DNA from: Tubiluchus corallicola
Lineage: Eukaryota > Animalia > Priapulida
NCBI GenBank assembly: GCA_030141605.1
Contig: JAQGDQ010000595.1
Coordinates: 1 to 64,000, forward strand
Length of the DNA: 64,000 bases
Reading direction: 5' to 3'
The number at the start of each line of letters is the position of its first letter. Within the stretch, counting starts at the first letter, position 1. The notes beneath the pieces were generated by a model. That model worked only from the letters and a program-made list of their open reading frames with translations. It was not told the DNA's origin and made no database searches. Positions 25,101 to 38,900 of this stretch are shown one piece after another. The position numbers and the translations under genes are program-made.

Positions 25101-28100
25101 CATGAAAAATTTACATTGTTTGAACTCTAGTCTGTAATCAACCCCTAACTGATTCATTTTTTCGTAAGAGCAGCGAAATCCCCGCATGCAGGACTTTTGG
25201 ATTGCTTTAAAAAATTTAGTTGCATTGCAGATTAATTTGATGGCTTTTCTAAAATCCAATATTGATTCTGAACTGCTACTGAAACTCCATAGAGATCCAA
25301 AACTTATATCTTAAGTTTTCCTGACAAATACAATTTAATCACTGCTTGCTCAGTTAGTCAGTAACGCAAAATGTTTAGCTTTAAAGCTACTGTTTTTTAC
25401 TACATGTAATTAGGTCTATGTGGTAATTTTCTAGACAGATTCCAGTAGCTATAAAAGACGTTATGCACCCGCAGGTAGCAGTCTAGCAGACCAGTACTGT
25501 AACTGTAATTGATTACGTTTTGCAGATACGTGCGAAGCGGCACGTTGCAAGGTTTTTTTGCAGACTTACCGTTTATACATTGTTGTTGCGAAAGCGAGTT
25601 AAGCAGTATTGATAGACGATAAAAATAGATAGACTTTGCGCCGTGCTTGCACTGCTTGTTCCTCATTTTTTAGTCAAACCACAAAGACTGCATAAAATTA
25701 CATGAATTTTTGAATTAAATTTTGTTTTCTGTTAGGAGAAACTATCATTTATGTGCGTCTTAATTAGAAAACCGTTTTTTATTAGATAGTTTACAGTCCG
25801 ATAGTAAATAGTCTTATATTTTTGTAAAAAATATCACAAAATATTGTAACATTTTAACGTTACGTTGTTTTTTTATTTGATAAGTAACTTGGAATTTAGA
25901 AATGATGCGCTTATAATGAGATTAATACTGACCCCTGTATGCGCATGTTCACAAACGAAAATGTGTGTGCTCGCTCAGGAAAATCAATTCGTTATTAAAC
26001 AAACTACCTCAATTTCATTGAAATCTTATTGTATAGATCTTAACTGTGATAAAACAGAAATAACTATGACGTTTAACTGTTAAAATTAATCTATTATATG
26101 ATTTGGGCATAAGGCCGCATAATAATCGATGATGACGTTATAATAAACAATGTACTGTGTACATTGCATTGTTAGTTATTGTTTCATGTTATGCCCTGTG
26201 ATTACAATGTACTGTGTACACTGCATTGTTAGGTATTGTTTCATAATTATGCCCTGTGATTACAGCGTACTGTGTACACTGCATTGTTAGTTATTGTTTC
26301 ATAATTATGCCCTGTGATTACATGTCTATGGCTTCAGCAAGCTAACTAGTACAGCATGACATAACGATTAACGCACAGGAAAGGGATTAGCTTACATGTT
26401 GTTTATGTTGCGGCTTTAAGTAGGTCATGTTAAGTTAAATATAACCATGTACTAACACGGATTTTATTAATTATACGTATCGTGAATGACATGCAGTGTA
26501 ACAGTGAATAAAAAAGCTTCATGAAAATTAGATTTTTATGATACATTTTGTATTAAAATTAGAAATTAACAATGGTATTAAGTAGCTATTAATGCTTTGT
26601 AGTAGCTTTGAAACTGCTTTTATACGCTTTAGAAATTTATGTGAAAACAAGGAGAAGAGCTTGAATTTTTCTGTATTCTTTTTGTTTCTTTTGTATCTTT
26701 TCTAATGGGGGCAGGACATTTGGGCGCGGCCGTTTGGGCATGGGACATTTGGGTGCCGGCGCCCACACACGTTTTCTGTCCAACATGATTCGATCACGTA
26801 AAGAATATCGATCACGATCGGTTTTGCCCTACAAGCTTACAACTTGTATCAAATTAATTTCGTCCCGAATTGATCTAGTTGATGGTAGAGTACTTGGTCG
26901 TGTTCGAGTCGACAGCGAGTATAAGTAACGGTCGGTTTGTTCACTAGCGAACCAAGATTGTGATATAATTCTCTATAAATTGCTGCACTGGTTGTGTTGG
27001 CGCCAAATTTTGGCGTAAACATATCTTTTTGTGACGCACTATATTTTTGAAATGAAATGCTAATGTAAACTTGTGCATGTCTTCTTCTGTTTGATTCACT
27101 GTAAAAGCTACAGAAAAATACTGAATTATAGTGAAAAACCAGAAAGTGCAAAGTTAATTGACTGGCTTTAATTGTTATATCGTGTATTACTTCATATGTT
27201 TAATTTGGTGAGCGATTATTCTTAAAAAACTTTGTGAGAGTTGGGAAATTATAGTGAGTCATGAAAATTGAATAAATAAAAAAAATGGACACAACATTAA
27301 ATTTTATTTGTTCTATAATATGTCGTGCTTAAGTATACCAGTGCCCAAATATCTCGTACCCAAGTGTACCAGTGCCCAAATATCTCGTGCTTAAGTGTAC
27401 CAGTGCCCAAATATCTCGTGCTTAAGTGTACCAGTGCCCAAATATCTCGTGCTTAAGTGTACCAGTGCCCAAATATCTCGTGCCTAAGTGTACCAGTGCC
27501 CAAATATCTCGTGCTTAAGTGTAGCAGTGCCCAAATATCTCGTGCTTAAGTGTACCAGTGCCCAAATATCTCGTGCCTAAGTGTACCAGTGCCCAAATAT
27601 CTCGTACCTAAGTGTACCAGTGCCCAAATATCTCGTACCCAAGTGTGCCAGTGCCCAAATATCTCGTGCTTAAGTGTACCAGTGCCCCAATATCTCGTAC
27701 CTAAGTGTACCAGTGCCCAAATATCTCGTGCTTGTGTACCAGTGCCCAAATATCTCGTGCCTAGGTGTACCAGTGCCCAAATATCTCGTACCTAAGTGTA
27801 CCAGTGCCCAAATATCTCGTACTCAAGTGTGCCAGTGCCCAAATATCTCGTGCTTAAGTGTACGAGTGCCAAAATATCTCGTGCTAAGTGTACCAGTGCC
27901 CAAATATCTCGTGCCTAAGTGTACCAGTGCCCAATGTCTGTTAAGTGTGAGTGCAAATATCTCGTGCTAGTGTACAGTCCAAATATCTCGTGCCTAGTGT
28001 ACCATGCCCAAATATCTCGTACAGTACCAGTGCCCAAATATCTCGTACCTAAGTGTACCAGTGCCCAAATATCTCGTGCTTAAGTGTACCAGTGCCCAAA

Positions 28101-30386
28101 TATCTCGTGCTTAAGTGTACCAGTGCCCAAGTATCTCGTGCCTAAGTGTCGCAGTGGCCACATGTCTCGTGTCCAAGTGCCCCGTGCCAAAATGTGCTGT
28201 GCACTGCTGTCAGAAAGAACGCAAACTTTGAAAATCAGAACTGCTGCATACAGATAAGCGAAGGAAATATGTCAGCTTGAGGTCACGTGATCTTAATCTA
28301 TGCAAATGTTATATTAATGCATTAACGAATTGTTACGTATATAAAAAGATCTGCTGTTTACTTAAAGTTACAAAATTATAGGATTATTAATTTCCGGCTA
28401 GCCTATTGGTCAGTGATTACTAAAACTAGCCATTATACTACCATTTATGCCTTTGAATTATGAATGTTGCTGAAGGCACACACACATTAAAAATTATCAC
28501 CAAACATTGAAAACAAAAATAACTAGTCGGCCAGACAGAAATGTCACATATCTATACTGTGAGTCTGTCTTTCATCTCTTCTTTACAGCAGAGAAATTAT
28601 TAAAGTCATACTGCAATACTATTTTATGAGTAAAGATTTAGGTGTTGTTCACAGATTGCACAAGTCTTACCTCTCCTTTATAAAATTACTAAAAAACCTG
28701 TATACCCAAATGTTTGTCTTATCCAGTATATTGAGAATTATATTATTTAGTATTATTGTCCAAGTCAGTAGATTTGTTCTTAATCAATAAGCCTAGAAAT
28801 AATGAAGTTGAACTCAAATCAAAATGTATTCAACTCCTGTTGTTGATTAATAGCATTATTAACCCAAAGTGTTTTTATCATTTCATAACAATTTTGACCT
28901 GTATTTCACATAAAATCTAAATGCAATTTTTAGTTTAATCAAGATTGACCTTATTTTGTTGCCCGCTAATTAAACTACATGTATATTCTTTTCTCTGGAT
29001 TATATAGAAAATGTCATAATTTTGGAAATAACTAATGTTTCCTAAATTAAACTGATAACATTAATGCCCACCAGTGTCTAAAAAATCTTTTTATCTATAT
29101 TCGGTAAAGGATAGCAGACTAGGTGACTTTATAGTCTTTTTGCTATCATTTCTCTAGTTCTAGATCTATCTATACATTTTAACCATTTTTCAAAACTTAT
29201 TAGAGATTCTTTTATTAATCATGTTTTATTGTAACACTATAAAGAGATAAATAAATTGAAATTGAATTGAAATTGTGACCTGACAGCAAGTTCCTTAATT
29301 TCCTGGAGCACACTACAGTGGCACATGCCCCTGTAAGTACTGTTAAAAGGCAATGATACAATCATAGATAAAATGCAAATGTAGAATGCTCAAGAAACAT
29401 TTCAAACGACTATTATATTGTTATGTGAGGAAAAGCTGAAGAAAATTCCATTTAAAAAAGGATTACTTCACACACAGAAAAGCACTTGCTTGTACACAAG
29501 GTGGATGCAAACGAGGGGGTTTGCAATCTGTGGCTTGAATTTAAACAGCAATATAAGGGCATCTTCACATGTATAAAAAATCAGCAGTGGAATGTGGATT
29601 ATATCTTTTATTTTAGAATTCTGCCTGCCCAATGTCTACAATAGACATGACGGGCGGATGATGATGACGATGATACCTTTGCTGTGTTTACCTGTCTTGA
29701 GAGTAGATTTCTTTTTCTTTCATTTTAGAATTCTGCCTGCCCAATGTCTACAATAGACGTGACGGGCGGATGATGATGATGATGATACGTTGCACACGAT
29801 GATAACTGTACTATAGTTGCATAATTATTGGGTGTATTACACGTTTGGCACAGACTCTTGATGCATGTAGTTAGAGCGAGGAAATGACTAACTGGCATGG
29901 TGTGCACTTAGCCACTAAAGTTAAGCAATGTTCAGCCTAGTCAGTAAATGTATAGGTGACCACCCGGAGACCTAGTTACTGGAAAGTTTCATCTACCATC
30001 CTGCCCTTGTTATTTGATCATAGCTGAGGAACAATGCATGTGAATATGGCTAAGGCACATCTGCTTGTCCTTGATAATGAGGTAGGTTTCGGCCAGCCAC
30101 AATATTACTTTTCCAGCATGCAAATGTAAATCACAATTCCTTCATGCCGAGGTCAAGACGAAAGCATGGAAGTTGTATTTGCATTTTATTAAATTTATCC
30201 CAAACTTCTTCTTTAACACATCCACATTTTCTGCTTGCAGGAATAACCTGGAACAGGGATACGTTATTTGAATATCTGGAGAACCCGAAGCGGTTCATAC
30301 CTGGAACAAAGATGGTGTTCGCAGGACTGAAGAAAAAAACGGAACGGGCAGATTTGATTGCTTTTCTGGAGCAGTCTACTAAATAA
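22103..30386 (+). CDS. CYCS: Cytochrome c, 110 aa; coding exons 22103-22289 and 30241-30386
   Basis: CxxCH haem motif (CEQCH), GPNL, IPGTKM with axial Met80. Phase-1 GT-AG intron 22290-30240 in the Gly56 codon, the same position as in vertebrate cytochrome c. Probable 5'UTR intron 21829-22078. Confidence 0.96.
22634..24356. mobile_element. hAT-type non-autonomous element with two nested MITEs
   Basis: TIR CAGGGCCGGCTCTAC / GTAGAGCCGGCCCTG; 8-bp TSD TAGTAATG/CAGTAATG. Confidence 0.85.
23817..24179. mobile_element. hAT MITE (nested)
   Basis: TAGGGGTGAGCAT / ATGCTCACCCCTA, perfect 8-bp TSD TTAATTAG, TTCGAA-rich subtermini. Confidence 0.88.
26150..26325. repeat. Three tandem copies of a ~58-bp unit
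   Basis: GTACTGTGTACACTGCATTGTTAGTTATTGTTTCATAATTATGCCCTGTGATTACA repeated three times. Confidence 0.9.
27325..28190. repeat. 31-bp minisatellite (~27 copies) forming the right arm of a foldback-like element starting ~26707
   Basis: Unit AAGTGTACCAGTGCCCAAATATCTCGTGCTT; complementary GACATTTGGG repeats at 26716-26760. Confidence 0.92.
28759..29275 (+). mobile_element. ~500-bp AT-rich non-LTR-type repeat with (ATTGA)n tail; copies at 50550-51050 and 53487-54004
   Basis: Three highly similar copies ending AATAAATTGAAATTGAATTGA. Confidence 0.8.
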
Positions 30387-32915
30387 CGTAGTGAACTCTT
30401 AGGCTTTACTATTTTAACTCTTTCTTGTATCCTTCATCTAAAATTCAACTTGTTAAAAATTACTATGGTCTTGATAATATGCCAATTTTCCATTTAATTG
30501 AAAGCAAGGAATTCATGCAGTGTATCAGGGATAATAATTTTTTACCTGCCTGTTTTTTGACTTTTTGCTGAGACGGTCTTGTGGAATAGAACTGTGGAAA
30601 AATACCATAGCATAGATATTAAGACAGAAGTCCTATAGTTAGCAAGACTATCAATCACTCATATTAATATTGCTAGGGTTACCGTATCACAGCAACGCAC
30701 ATCATAACATTGCTAAACAACACCAGAGAATGCTGAATAGCGAATACTATATTCTCCGACAAAGCTTGTAGAAAACCATGAACAATTTTCCTTCGGGTGT
30801 TAGAAATGGTATTTTGTTAATGTTTGACAAAGGTTGGAATTTGATTATGGTTGCTAGTTGCTTATTAGGAAATGCTAGTTGTTTTGTTTAGTTGTATAAA
30901 TTTAGTTTGCTTGTACATTTTGTCAACGTACAACTTAAAGCAGTGTGTGATACTTATTTTAACTATTGCAATGTGTGTAGTCCATAGGCTGTTAGCTAAC
31001 TGTTGCTCTATATAACTAGCAGTGCAGTGATGCTAAGCACATAGCACAGATATTTAAGAAAAGTTATGGGGTGGCGTACACGAATGCTCTCGTGCCGTGC
31101 TTTAGCCTTTTCAAAATCATTGCTAATTGCTCATAACCAAACTCTGATGTCAATTAGGAAAGAAACCTCAACTGCCCATGCTAGTGATGTTTTAGTCATA
31201 ATAATAATTAAAATCAGATACACAGATGATCAATCTACAGGGGCGGATTAACCAATAGGCTAACTAGGCTAAAAACCTAGGGCGCTAAAGTTTGGGGGCA
31301 TCACATTTTAGAAAATATTCTATCCTCCTCGGAATATGTGTATACTTTTTATAACACACTACAGGCAGTTACTGAGCCCAGCTTTTATATAAGTGCCACA
31401 TAACGAACAGGTGCAAGTATTACGCAACAACCAGTTGCACTAGCTGCTTGAATATAAGTGCTGTGCAAATACATGTAGTTAATAACGACCACTTAGAAAA
31501 TAGGTCATTATTAATACACCACAAGTAATTATTTAATCTGCTCATTGCATAAACAATAGCAATAGTGGTGGGCGGGACAGAACTATTAGCCTACAGCGTC
31601 AAAAAATCTTGATGTGCCCATGTTAGTCTATTTCGGAAAAACTCTAATTTTTCTGCAGTTTTAAAGTAAAATTACACGGTTAGTATGAACGAAAGCGACA
31701 AGTGCTGTGCTGGTGCTGCACTCCAAATAAGTATTATTACAGTATAATGCACAATGCTAGCTTAGCTGGATAATTTTATTTATTTACTTGCTATTGCTGT
31801 GATACTGCTAGTTGGAGCAAAGCTCAAAAGATTTATCGCAATATTAAATGTCTAGTGTCGTTGGTCCGGTGATGACTGCATAGCATAGTATAGATTTTAT
31901 ACAAAATTATTTGTATAGATTTTAATCTAATTTTCAGTATTACACACTGCATTGCATAGCTTACAAGCAAGACTATGTAAGGGTTGTTCATCTGGTGAAG
32001 ATGATGGAATTAGTACAATGTAGTGAATCAGATGGATACCAAACTGACATTGTTGTTTTCCTTTCTTTTATTGCTTTATTTTAGCAAATTGTGTTGCCAG
32101 GTTCTTTTATTACATGCTTTTCTGTAGGTAGAATAAACACAAAATTGTCACATTATATTACAAAATGTGAATATTGGCAATTTTCTGGTATGTACAATAT
32201 AAATATGATGTAGAGAATATAACAAACTACAAATGTACTTTATGCTATCTTGTATGCTATGCCAAAGTGTGCAGGTAAAAAAATGCACCACAGAAGCTGA
32301 GTTGAGGGTAAACTTGCTTGTTTATTCAGAGTTAAAACAAAACAAAAAAACAACAAATTAGCTTCTACATGATTTCACAAATCCGTTTTCCAAAAACAAA
32401 ACTGTAAAAACTATTCAGCTTCTTTATGATTTCACGTGATAAATTGGCCAAAAAAACAAATGAAAAACATCTTCTTGATATCAAGAAATACTAACTGTCA
32501 AAAAGCAAAAATGAAAATCAATTGCCTTCTTGATTTCACAGACTGATTTTCCAAAAACAAAATAATTTTTTCCAAAAACAAAATAAAAAAATATCAGCTT
32601 TTCGATTTCAAAAAGAAATGATTTTCCAAAAAAATAAAGGAGAACAATGCAGCCTCTTAATTTCAAAAACTAATTTTTAAAGAACGATACAATACAACAA
32701 TTTGATTTGAATGATTTTCCAATGTTCTAAGTACGCAAAGCAACATTTGTATACTCAGATCAGAAATGAGCATGGTACATCAAGTACGAGTATTTGATGT
32801 CGCGAAAAGTTTGTGATGGGACTGTAGCATAAAATTCATTCAACAGACATAAACAATCAATAACCGTTTGCTACACTTTGCCATAGCAACATTCACTATC
32901 TTTTCACGATGTTCA

Positions 32916-35900
32916 TCAGTGTAAGTCTAGCTTTACTTTGATACTCATTGCAGCTAACTCTGCCACAAGATAACGAAAGACATGAGGTATGGAAATGAGT
33001 TCAATACCGTCACCGCGTTTGCATGCGTGACACGTCCATTTTAGTTCACTTTCCATGATTCCCGACGAGATTTCATGGACGGATTCTTCAATCATGGTTG
33101 ATAACAGACTTCCGCAGTGCTTACACACTTTTGCCTAAAAAAATGATGCAAAATGATTGCAAACTAACATCAAAAAATGATGCAAAATGATTGCAAACTA
33201 TCAGTTTGCTTAACTGGCAGGGAATAGTAAAAATTGCTAACTGAATGTGGATCACAATCACACAGTAAAAGCTGCGTGCAAACTACAGCTTCAGTAGACT
33301 GGTGCAAACAAAGTTTTTCCATTGAGTGCGAATGAAACTCTAGAACAGGGGTGTGCAAACTGCGGCCCGCGGGCAACTTGCGGCCCGCCGAGAGATTTGT
33401 CAACCTAATGAAAGTGCGGCCCACGCGATCCAGCTGAAGTCTGCACCAATATCGCAAAGATAGTGCGGGTAGTTTTTTCCTGTAGATCGGATGGCATTAA
33501 CCCTTACAAGATCGTTGTCACTTAACGTCACTGTCGGACATGACGAAATATATGGTTTTTAAAATAAATTTTAATAACTTCTAAAATAATTTCTTGAGTG
33601 TAGTAGTGCAGTAGTAATGATGTGCGCGAATTGGATGCAAAAAAAATCGTTATTAGGTCCTACTGTACTTGGCTCCTTGACCAAACTGCATGTGTCTCAC
33701 AGGAATTGCGGGAATGTTTAATGTGGCCTGGCTGGTCAGGTAAATTGCACACCCCTGGTATAGAATGTCGCTTGTTGCTGTTATTCATGTAAGATTGAGC
33801 ATCGAATGAGTTTTTTTAGCTCAAACTCAATTTGAACCTAAAATTAGAGATTCAAATAATTCAGCTCTTCCATTAACCGTTCTTTACCATTAAAACATTT
33901 GATAATGATGTGGTTTTTAGCATTCTTGACATTCATTTTAACTTAATAAACTCGTTTGGGCACTTGTTGTGGAGACCAGGAACTACTTATATCTTTAATT
34001 TTGAAAAAATAGGCTTTGTGGAAGTTGGAATTGTACATTGTAGTTAGGTGCTGCCATCTATGTGCTAATCTTGTTACATTCTACCAGCTAACTTGCCTTC
34101 AGTATAATTGTATGGTTCAGTGACTACATACACACTGGTCCTCTCCCTATCTAAAATTAATGGTTGTTGTGAAGCCTGTGCAACTCTGCATAGGTCAAGT
34201 TCTATACCTGTATACTGACTGTGAAACAGGTTTTACTGACTGTTTTTTGCTTTCTAGTTTTTGCTCAATGTTCAGTGCAGCAGTTTTGCTACTCATGTTT
34301 TCTGTAGTTTAATAAACACTTTTCTGTTGTGTGCAGTACAAATATTTATTATAGATTTTTGGTTCCTATTCATACTTCTCTGTACCTAAACTCAATTGTA
34401 ACAAAGTGACTGAACAACAACTTCAAAAATGACTTTCACAGGCTTATCTATCGCGTGAGCCTATAATGAGTGAACTAGCGAGGAAAAGAAAATGAACGGG
34501 AATAATTAGGATAGACATTTTTCATTCAACAAAAAATCCTATAAATAATAAGAAAAGCTACCATGGTTTTATCAGAACATTCAAACAGTCTATCTTGAAT
34601 CAAGAAGGAGCTGCCATGTGCAAGCAATGAATCTCTTTCCATTTCGCCAAATCTTACTCCTCCCGCCCTTTTCCTCCCTTTGATGGGCTGCTGAGTGAGT
34701 GCATCAACAGGACCTGTTGTCCGTACCTACAGAGACAAAGATGTAAATGATTGAGTGAATTTTCCTTCATTTGGGTAAAACTGAAAGACATGTTAGACAT
34801 TTGGAGCAATTAAACATTAGAATGAGGGTCTGACCTTAACATTAAATTAAGATTCTCCAGCCTTATCGTCTGCTATAAGTGAACAAGCAAGTAGTCACAG
34901 TGTGTGGTTGGTTATGAAAATTAACCAATTCTCAAACTTAGTACATAAACGGGCGGATGCCGAAAAACAGTTTCTGGGAAATTTCATCCTGGAGGAAGGA
35001 CGTATTCACACGCAAAGGCTAATATCACTGCACCAATATGCGAGACATAAAAGAACTACTGTTACAGCAAAGAGACCCAGGGATGAGAATAACAAATTGC
35101 AAAAAACTCTGAAACAGGCCGGGGGTTTGGGGGCCGCGTAGGCCATAGAGAACCTCTAAGCGGACTTAAAATATCAGTTACCTTGTTTCATGCATAATTT
35201 AAAATACCCAACTATCAAGGATACATGATACCTAATTGTCTCAAAAACGCCCAAGTACTGGTCGCTCCTATGCAAAAGTATATAAAAACTGTCTGCAATT
35301 GACTCAAATAACTCAGCATAATTGATTCTATATTTTTATACATAGAGATATACACTTGGTTACACTGATGTACCTGATGTAAACAAAGTGACGGCCTGTC
35401 AACTAGCGGTCAGCTTGTGAAATAATGTACTGGGTCCGTAAAAATTTTCTCAACGAATTTACGCGATTTACAAAAATGGCACTACAGGACCTCCAAAAAC
35501 TCGGAATTCCGCGTATCCGCGGAAAATTCTCATCCCTGGGCTAAAGCATCGATTACCAGACATGCGGAACGCATTATGTGTTATTGAGTATCCAGCTGTG
35601 TACAAAAAATCGATAGGAACAGCTGCAGAAAAAATAACGCAATAATGCAGGTCTGATAAATCGGTTCATTAAAAACAATATAAAGCAATTTTCACACAAT
35701 AACTTATTCCTGGTGTGTAGTAAATAAGACCTTTGTCAGTTCAGTTTTTTTTTTGTATGAATACATTTTATTAATCTCAGAATTAACAAGTACAGTTCAA
35801 TTGTCAGTTCAGTTTCAGAGGATTAACCATGATTAACATTCAGCTGTAGTAGAATCTTCTGTCACTGAGTGATGAAATCTGACTTTCAGTGCAACAAACT

Positions 35901-38900
35901 GTACGATAAAATCATAAGGCACATGAATCTAGGGTCTTGATGCTATGGGGAATTTAAACGTTTTAATTTGCTGATATACGCTCCTCAGAGAAGCCTGGTT
36001 TAAGCATTTGAGTGAAACACCTTTGTTGTACTTCAGAGTTGAGAAGCATATAATAGAAATTGTATGAAAACTAACATTCAACATTGCTTGACCACTTTCA
36101 TGTTATGTTACAAGAACTGATTTAATCCAATTAAAAGTGAACCATGTGTCACATATATTAATTCTACTGGTATGTTATATATAGATAAGATTCGAGGCTA
36201 CAGCTCGGACGACGGCACCATTTGCGGCGATCTATACATCAAACGAAAGGTCTCGATCTAGTGTCATGCCATTGATGGTTTATTTTTCGAATCGGGAGCA
36301 CCGGGAGGAAAGAGGGGGGCGAAAAACCTCCAAAAATGGCCCTTTTTCGGCCGTTTTTTGCAAAAGTTATACGCCTGAGATCTCCGGATCGGCGTTTTCC
36401 CGGACCCAACTCGCGATTTTTTCGAAATTTTGCTCAAACAGCCTGTAGAAAAACGTTATAGCGGCACCTGGTGGGACTCTCGGAAGGAGATATATAACTC
36501 TTTAGAAAGAGGAAGAACAGGGCTACACGATGATGTGGGCCATGCTTTAAAACACGTCCACTAAGAGGAGTGACGACGAGTTAATTAGATGTTCCATTTT
36601 CGACAATTTTCGCTTAGAAAACTGCTGACGCAAAGCCATTGTTCTGCCGTCATCCATTATACTCTGCTTATAACTTTAATTCAGTAAAAACTGCTACTGG
36701 CTTTGCGTTAGGAAAATAAACGAACACTAGGTAGGATGTTCGCGCATTGTTTATTATGAGTGGGTTTATACGCAAAATGTTTTTGTGGGGCCTTTGCTAG
36801 TCTGTTATTAATTGCATAACCAGTTCACGTTTGATTCTGGATGCGTCTGATATCACCAAGTGATCGACATAATAGCTGGTTTGCACAGAGTTTGTAATTT
36901 ACAAATTTGTGATGAAACAGTCCACATCATATCTTGAAACAACAAATAAATGAAAAAGTGAAGAAATACAAGCATGAATTCTCTAATACGTGCCAATATT
37001 TGCAATTTCACAGCAAATGCGCAAAATTTCAATACCTGGTACTTGTCAGCAACCATGTGCCGCAACCGTTGATAATAAACAAGACCGAAAAAGATGTCAA
37101 CCTCCATCTCCCTGCCGTCTACTCCGCTGTACATTCGCTCCGTGCCGTAGTAATTGTAGCCGGCTCTGCAGAGGCTCTTACCAAAAAAGTCTGCAGAAAT
37201 TAAAGTACTCGTGAAAGTCATTTTCGAAGTTGTTGTTCGGTCACTTTATTATGATTGAGTTTAGACACAGAGAAGTATGAATAGGAACCAAAAATCTATA
37301 ATAAATATTTGCACTGCACACAACAGAAAAGTGTTTATTGAACTACAGAAAACATGAGTAGCAAAACTGCTGCACTGAACATTGAGCAAAACTAGAAAGC
37401 AAAAAACAGCCAGCAAAACCTGTTTCACAGCCAGTATACAGGTATATAACTTGACCTATGCAGATTTGCACAGGCTTCACAACAACCATTAATTTTAGAT
37501 AGGGAGAGGACCAGTGTGTATGTAGTCACTGGACCATACAATTATACTGAAGGTAAGTCTGCTGGTAGAATGTAACAAGATTAGCACATAGATGGCAGCA
37601 CCTAACTACAATGTACAATTCCAATTTCCACAGTACTCATCTAAGAACCCATCCAAGTACTAACCAGGCTCTACATTGCTTAACTTCGGTGATCAGACGA
37701 GAACCGGTGTTTTCAACGTGACATGGCCGTAGACAAGTAAAGGGACATGTAAACATGAATTAACTCTATCAGATCGGGAGACGCTGATTTCATCAGACAG
37801 TTTGCAAGCATTTAGTGTGGACGCTCACACCACAGGGCACATAGAATATACTACCTTTGCTACCATGTTAATCCGCTACTCACCACTAGCAGAATTCTCC
37901 TCGGAGAATGTGAATGGAGTGCTATCATGAATGATACCGTGCATTGCAGCTGATTTGCCAGCCATGGCTTCTATCATCATTCCTACGTGTAAAAAACTGT
38001 TTAATGGCTTCTCATCTAAAACTGATCTTACTGATCAAAAATTTAATCCATATTGCACTATATGCAAGCTAGAATTCAATGCAGAAAGTCGTGTACCTGA
38101 ACTGTTCCTAAAGGAGCCATGAGCAAGAATTTAATGCATAAGTCATAAGTCATTTATTTCACATTACACATTTACAATAGTTTCATGTACAATATCTAGT
38201 GAAAGGGCCTACAATGGATATAATACAAATAAGAAATACTGCACAGGAAAAGCCTCAAACACTGTTCACCTATACACGAAGGTAAATGTGTTGCGGGCAA
38301 TCAAAAGCAGGGCTTGTTAGATTGTCCCACACAGTGAAAGAAAAAAAAAGTAATGGAGATAATCTGAAAATTTAAAGTGAATAGTGATAAAAAAACATTA
38401 GTGCTTAAAATGGAATGATGTAATGAATGAAGCTCATATATAGGATGATATAAAAGATAGAAAGACTATTATTTGTTAATAGTATGTAAAATTAAAATAA
38501 CTTGATTAAGCTAACACCACTGTTTTTCAACTACTGTGAGGATGGATACTGATAGAAATTTTGATTACTCATTGATACTTGCTTAAAATTTGATTTTTTA
38601 GCATTTTCTTAAATCTAGTAATAGATCTGCTATTTTTTGCGGATTGACAAATCTCATTCCAGACTTTTGGTCCTTGATATATTATAAATTGTTTAGCTAT
38701 GTTGGTTCTACAGAAAGGCACAGTGTATTGATTAAATCTTGTATTATGTCTCTTAGATGTCAAGTGTATCTATGCATGCCATAAGTGAGCCAGAATTCAA
38801 CAACCTGAACATTCGCGATGTGTGTACGTGTAACAACAACAACTGATTTGAAGAAACCAAAACACTTGAAATTTAGCTTTAAGATTTTATTCTGAAGTGT

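Noticed and set aside
27546-27970. Repetitive Cys/Pro-rich ORFs
   Set aside because: Translations of the 31-bp minisatellite; the unit length is not a multiple of 3.
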